Below, one piece after another: positions 58,424-64,000 of a stretch of 64,000 nucleotides of DNA; position 1 is the stretch's first letter; every line of letters starts with the position of its first letter. The translations under genes and the position numbers were made by a program. Location: assembly GCA_964016885.1 (NCBI GenBank), contig OZ024742.1, positions 131,936,001-132,000,000 on the forward strand. Reading direction: 5' to 3'. Source of the stretch: Eledone cirrhosa (taxonomy: Eukaryota). Under the pieces are notes generated by a model. It was not told the DNA's origin and ran no database searches. It saw only the letters and a program-made list of their open reading frames with translations.

Positions 58424-59881
58424 CATGGAGAAGATGGAGTGGCGTCAGAGGTGATGAAGAGGTGTGATTTTGATGATATCATCCTGGGGTTCTGTAACGG
58501 GGCACTCGAGAGAGGAGTTGCCCCGAATCAGTGGAGGATCAATAACATCGTCCCAGTGCCAAAGAAGGGAGATCTCTCTAACACCAACAACTACAGGGGG
58601 ATCTCACTGACGTCACTTGTGGCAAAGACCCTCAACAGGATGATTCTTAACAGGATTCAGCCTGAGATGGAGAAGAGGCTCAGGGACAACCAGAACGGCT
58701 TCAGAGGGGGTAGATCAACCACCAGTCACATCCTGATGCTGAGGAGGATATTAGAGGGAGCTAGAGCAAAGTGCCTTCCTGCGGTCATAGTTTTCATTGA
58801 CTTTAGGAAGGCCTTTGATTCTGTGGACCGTTACTGCCTGATAAAGATCTTACAGGCTTATGGAATCCCCAAGAAGATAGTGGACCTGATATCACTGCTC
58901 TACACCAACACCAAAGCCCAAGTCATTACACCTGATGGGATGACAGAGTTCTTTGAGATGCTGGCTGGAGTGCTCCAGGGAGATACATTGGCTCCCTACC
59001 TTTGTATCATCGTAGTGGACTATTGTATGCGCCTTGCACTGGAGAAACACCAGGACTCTGGCTTTACTGTGGCACCGGCTCAGAGCAGGAGAGTTAGGGC
59101 GAAAAAGGTATCAGATGCCGAATTTGCCGACGACATAGTTTTGGTGACAAATACAGTGAAGGAGGCAGAGGATTTGGTGCGAGAAGTTGAGACTGTGTCG
59201 ATGAGTGTGGGGCTGAGAATGAATGAGACTAAAACAAAATATCTGGTAGAGAATGTTGAGAAGCCAGAGGGGATCACTAATGTAAGCGGGAAGCCGCTAG
59301 AATTGGTTGAGGGCTTCCTGTATTTGGGAGCAAAGATTGGGAATACGGAAGATGATGTGGTTGAGAGGAAGAGCAAGGCCTGGGCGGCGTGCCACAGCTT
59401 GAGATCGGTGTGGAAGTCGGACCTTCGTAGAGACCTGAAAATCCGCCTCTTCATTGCTGTAGTGGAGTCTGTGCTGCTGTATGGGTCTGAGACTTGGACA
59501 CTGACCAAAAAAGTCACTCAGATGGTGGATGGGTGCTACACGAGAATGCTGAGGATGGCTCTGAACATTAATCAGTATACACTGAGGATGAAAAACTCAG
59601 AGCTGTATGGGAGCATCCCAAAAGTCAGCTCAAAAGTGACACAGAGGAGACTGAGGTTAGCTGGACATGCTCACCGACATCCAGAGTTGACATTGCACTC
59701 AGTGTTCCTTTGGGAGCCCCTACATGGACAAACTAGAAGAGGAAGACCAAGGTTAACGTATGTTGATGCCCTAAGGACAGACACTGGTCTATTGGAGACG
59801 CAGGATATGGCAGCGATAATGAGGGACAGAGACCGCTGGAGAGAACTCGTCCATAGATCTCGGGAATTTTACCCGCCTTAG
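58424..59881 (+). CDS. RTE ORF 3' half: reverse transcriptase and C-terminus (open frame, N-terminus detached by inversion)
   Basis: GEDG, PVPKKGD, NYRGISL, QNGFRGGRST, FIDFRKAFDSV, GVLQGDTLAP, FADD, FLYLG, RRGRPRLT. Confidence 0.93.
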   Translation, partial: HGEDGVASEVMKRCDFDDIILGFCNGALERGVAPNQWRINNIVPVPKKGDLSNTNNYRGISLTSLVAKTLNRMILNRIQPEMEKRLRDNQNGFRGGRSTTSHILMLRRILEGARAKCLPAVIVFIDFRKAFDSVDRYCLIKILQAYGIPKKIVDLISLLYTNTKAQVITPDGMTEFFEMLAGVLQGDTLAPYLCIIVVDYCMRLALEKHQDSGFTVAPAQSRRVRAKKVSDAEFADDIVLVTNTVKEAEDLVREVETVSMSVGLRMNETKTKYLVENVEKPEGITNVSGKPLELVEGFLYLGAKIGNTEDDVVERKSKAWAACHSLRSVWKSDLRRDLKIRLFIAVVESVLLYGSETWTLTKKVTQMVDGCYTRMLRMALNINQYTLRMKNSELYGSIPKVSSKVTQRRLRLAGHAHRHPELTLHSVFLWEPLHGQTRRGRPRLTYVDALRTDTGLLETQDMAAIMRDRDRWRELVHRSREFYPP

Positions 59882-59895
59882 AATAGAATAGAATA

Positions 59896-59937
<42 letters not shown>

Positions 59938-59942
<5 letters not shown>

Positions 59943-60807
59943 TATGTGTAGAAGTAAACACAGTAAACCCGTGTCTAAAATTACGAGAGTAGGTTACACT
60001 ACAAATATTATATATCATTCAACCTGAATCATATGGGAAGTTACAAGATTTCTTACAAGATTTCTCATACATACCATGTCAATAACCATTTCATCTCCCG
60101 GACAGACTAAAGATTTGATCTGTTTCGCCCTGAATGAATCGTGTTTGTAACAAGTAATCCATAGGCATTTCGTCAGCAAGAGATAAGACTGAATGTTACA
60201 TAAAACCTGTAACAATAAACTTACTAAAGTTTACACCTTGTGCGTTGAAAGTCATATGCGGTGCGAGTGGTTATGCTAGAAATAATAGCATATTTACACT
60301 CATTTTTATAAGCTCAACAGATAAAGAGCCGAAATACAAATAAAATATAGAGTTATTAACTCATATAGATACCCTGCAATTAACAAGCTCAAAATATAAA
60401 TACTGAGCATTATAATATTAATATGCGTAGAAGTAAACAGAGTAAACCCGTGTCTAAAATAACGAGGGTAGATTACACCACAAATGTTATATATCATTCA
60501 ACCTAAATCATATGGGAAGTTACAAGATTTCTTACAAGATTTCTCATACATACCATATCAATAACCATTTCATCAATAACCATTTCATCCATAACCATTT
60601 CATCAATAACCATTTAATTGTAAGAAATCTTGTAACTTCCCATAATAATTCAGGTTGAATGATATATAACATTTGTTACCCTAGTAATTTTAGACACGGG
60701 TTTACTGTGTTTACTTCTATACGTATTACTATTATAATGCTCAGTATTTATATTTTGAGCTTGTTAATTGTATGGTATCTATATGAGTTAATAACTCTAT
60801 ATTTTAT

Positions 60808-60812
<5 letters not shown>
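59938..60812 (-). mobile_element. Non-coding 479 bp unit (1.3 copies), 15 bp stutter and inverted piece; degenerate HHR at 60115-60179
   Basis: Direct repeat 59942/60421; ~60616-60812 is the reverse complement of ~60335-60537; minus CUGACGA...GAAA. Confidence 0.82.
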
Positions 60813-60860
<48 letters not shown>

Positions 60861-60924
60861 CGTATGGGGCGAAGGGTTCGTGCATGCGTTATAGAATCTT
60901 GAGTTGTTCAATTGCGTCGGTTGT

Positions 60925-60981
60925 AGCAAGCTGAATTTTGGTTGCTTACTAAAATGTATAGACACAAAAAAGATAAGACAA

Positions 60982-61031
<50 letters not shown>

Positions 61032-61200
61032 ACAAAAGCACGGCAGCTTTGGGGCAAGCAGAATTTTGACTGATTACTAAATCGTAGACACATAACAAGA
61101 TAACACACACACATACACACAAATACATGACAGCTTTGGGGCAAGCAGAATTTTGACTGCTTACTAAATCATAGACACATAAAAAGATAACACACACACA
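60925..61200. repeat. Three-copy ~87-128 bp tandem repeat containing (CA)n
   Basis: caagc.gaattttg..tg.ttactaaa at ~60927, 61055 and 61142. Confidence 0.75.
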
Positions 61201-61355
61201 CAAACACACACACTAGATGCGGCTTTGACCGTGAGGGTCATTTAGAGGCAATTGGGGGCGGGGGTAAGGCTGCACAGCCCCACTTTCCGCCATGGCGATT
61301 GGACTGGATCCCCTACTTTCCAGGTTACCCTTCGCCAGTGGTATATATATGTGTG

Positions 61356-61433
<78 letters not shown>

Positions 61434-63112
61434 ATGAAATTGTTAAAGATATCCAAGGTGGAGTGCACTCAGGCCATGGGACGAGTTTCTGGCGGGTTTT
61501 CTATCCCGATAATGGACACAACCTATCCAAACGCAAACGCGGTCATGACCTCGATACATTTAGGAAAAACTTATATATCACTTTTATGGAAGTAGAACTA
61601 AATTTACCATGCCTAGACCTACATATAGACACACATATATGTGTATGTACGTATGACTAGACGTCTGGCAAGAACCTTAGATATATACATAAACAACGAA
61701 TGCCATCGACCTTAACGTATCTATGTAACAATATTAACACGCACATATCCGACCTACCATCAAACTTATTATCGGGCAGCCCCATATTATAACACAACCA
61801 TAATCAACGCCAGCTTCTCGGAGAAAATTCAGACTATTAACATAAAACGAACAGGAAAAAAGAGCCCAATTCCACAATCTGGTTCTTCACTATTTCCTCC
61901 CTTAACGTTAAATCTAATGTAGGTAAAAAACTTGTTTAGTACTAATAGACATACATTTTTTTCTATGACATAAATACAACCAGACTTTTAAACGCCGGTT
62001 AACATAAGATATTCCTGTACCTGAAATATGAAATCCTACCTCTAAAATAAACAGCCGAGCCCGCAAAACTATGGACTCTCATGAAAAGCGCCAAATAAAT
62101 ATCCGCTTGATCAACAGTATGACATCAGAGCCGTGATATACGAAGATGAATTCACATTATCAAAACGAAATGTAAACTTATACAGACATGTAGGAAAGTC
62201 AATATTACGACCGTTTCCTTTATCAAGAAACGACGCGACATTTAGTCGCTCGGACGCGTGGAATACCACAAGGCTACCAAGTAACGTATGTAAACTCAAT
62301 GTGTAAAAATATCTCCATAAAATGGTTAGAACTCGATTAATCTAGACCCTATATAACCGGATAAAGAACTTGTAATTTATGCACCGACGAAAGGTTGTTT
62401 ATCCTGAAAATCTTTCCACCAGAAAGAGATTCCTAAACCTTCACCAGGATGTTTTTAATCGACATTCTCATGCTTCTAAATACCATGTAATAGATGGCTC
62501 ACATGAGCTTTCATATTTCTTATTTTCTAATTATTAATATTTTGTCACCTAATATCTGTCACAGATCTCTCATATGCTTTCTCCTTCCGGAAGTTTTCAT
62601 TTACGTTGAAACAATATATGTGTGTATGTGTGTGTCTATAAACAATATATGCGCGTGTGTGTGTGTTTATGTGTATGTTTATGTGTGTGTGTACGTGTCT
62701 GTGTGTGCATGTCCGCCTACGCGTCTGTATGTGTAAACAACAAAGAAAACATTTACATGCAAAATTCGATTCGTATTTGCAATGCACACGTACATATAAA
62801 CTCAAACACTCTTATATATATATATATATATATACCTCAGCACTGAGAGTAAAAAAAAATAAAAAAATTATGTATTAAGATTCTACGAGTTCTTTGATCT
62901 AACGTACCTTAGAACGTAACAATATATATGCGTAGAAACACATTAACACTTCCATATTCACAAATTCATGTATATATACAAGCGCGTGTATGTGCATACA
63001 ATTAAATAGTTGATAGCTTGTAACATTATTAAAATATTTCTCATGAAAGAAAATATAGATTCCTTTACTTGGATTCACTATCGAAAATATAACATCATTA
63101 TTATTATTATTA

Positions 63113-63165
<53 letters not shown>

Positions 63166-63166
<1 letters not shown>

Positions 63167-64000
63167 GGTACAGTGCGGGAATTCAGAGATGGAATGTTGT
63201 TGAACAAAAAGAAATGGATAGGAAGACTAGGAAGCTATTGACTATCTACATGTGCCACAAGAGGAGTGATATCGATAGACTCTACTTGAGGAGATCTGAG
63301 GGTGGAAGAGGTCTTATCAGCATAGAGGACTGTGTTCAGATGGAGAAGAACAACCTACACAAATACGTGACTGATAGTAAGGAGCCAATGCTCAGAACTG
63401 TACTGAATGAGGGGACAATAGGCCAGGGATGTCCAAGGAGGAAATAATATCAAGGAGAAAGAGCAGCCTTCAGGAACAATCCCTTCATAGTACCTTCTTT
63501 GAGAGAACTGAATTTAGAGATCCACAGACATGGAACTGGTTGAAAAGGGGAGACCTTAAAAAGGCTACAGAAGGAATGTTAATGGCTGCGCAGGAGCAGG
63601 CCCTCAAAACGAAGTGGTTGAAACACCACATTTACAAGGAGGAGGCTAGCCCACTGTGCACATTGTATCCGAGTGTAAACACCTAGCCCAGACTCACTAT
63701 AAGGGCTGGAAACATGATGTGATGAGCAAGGTGATCCACTGGCACCTATGCAAAGTAAACAATTTACCACATTCTGAGAAGTGGTATGAGCATAAGCCAG
63801 AGGCGGTGATAGAAAACGATCAGGTGAAGGTGCTGTGGGATTTTAGGATACAGACGGACAAGAAACTGGAACACAATAGACCTGACCTGGTGGTTTTGGA
63901 CAAAGAAAAAAGATCGTGCCTGATTGTGGATGTGGCCTGCCCATTCGACACGAGAGTGCAAGAGAAGGAGAGGGAGAAAATTAACCGATACCAGGAGGTA
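63166..64000 (+). mobile_element. 5'-truncated R4/Dong-clade RLE retrotransposon following (AAT)n; runs off the window
   Basis: RYSAG, DRKTRKLL, RLYLRRSEGGRGL, AAQEQAL, LWDFRIQTD..HNRPDLVV..IVDVACP; frameshifts and deletion in the zinc finger; (TAA)n target is typical of Dong. Confidence 0.9.

Larger units (their letters stand above)
56698..59896. mobile_element. Near full-length RTE-clade LINE with 5' inversion, between (TA)n tracts, (TAGAA)n tail
   Basis: Minus segment ~58385->56698 plus plus-strand segment 58424->59896; the halves overlap by cat. Confidence 0.93.

Overview
AT-rich, repeat-saturated animal genomic DNA. It is most likely a coleoid cephalopod (Octopus-type tRNA SINEs, extreme (TA)n/(CA)n load); this is inferred, not verified. 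No host exon could be supported, and almost all long ORFs in the track are microsatellite artefacts. Content: (1) Penelope-like element (PLE) fragments, including a Naiad-like copy with inverted pLTRs. (2) LINEs of RTE, CR1-like, L1/Tx1, R4/Dong and CRE type, including a near-complete ~1038-codon RTE inserted in twin-priming (5'-inverted) geometry. (3) tRNA-derived SINEs. (4) The main signal: about 30 hammerhead ribozyme (HHR) motifs or remnants from roughly a dozen sequence families, all folded by eye. Many sit in non-coding 430-740 bp units that are tandem or terminally redundant, are usually flanked by (TA)n and often carry an inverted 5' piece (retrozyme/pLTR-like). They include recurrent non-canonical cores (CAGAAGA, UUGAAAA, CUGAUCA), and one inverted cDNA stops within 1 nt of the predicted cleavage site. 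Several junctions look like cross-family template switches (PLE-RTE, PLE-CR1, PLE-PLE).
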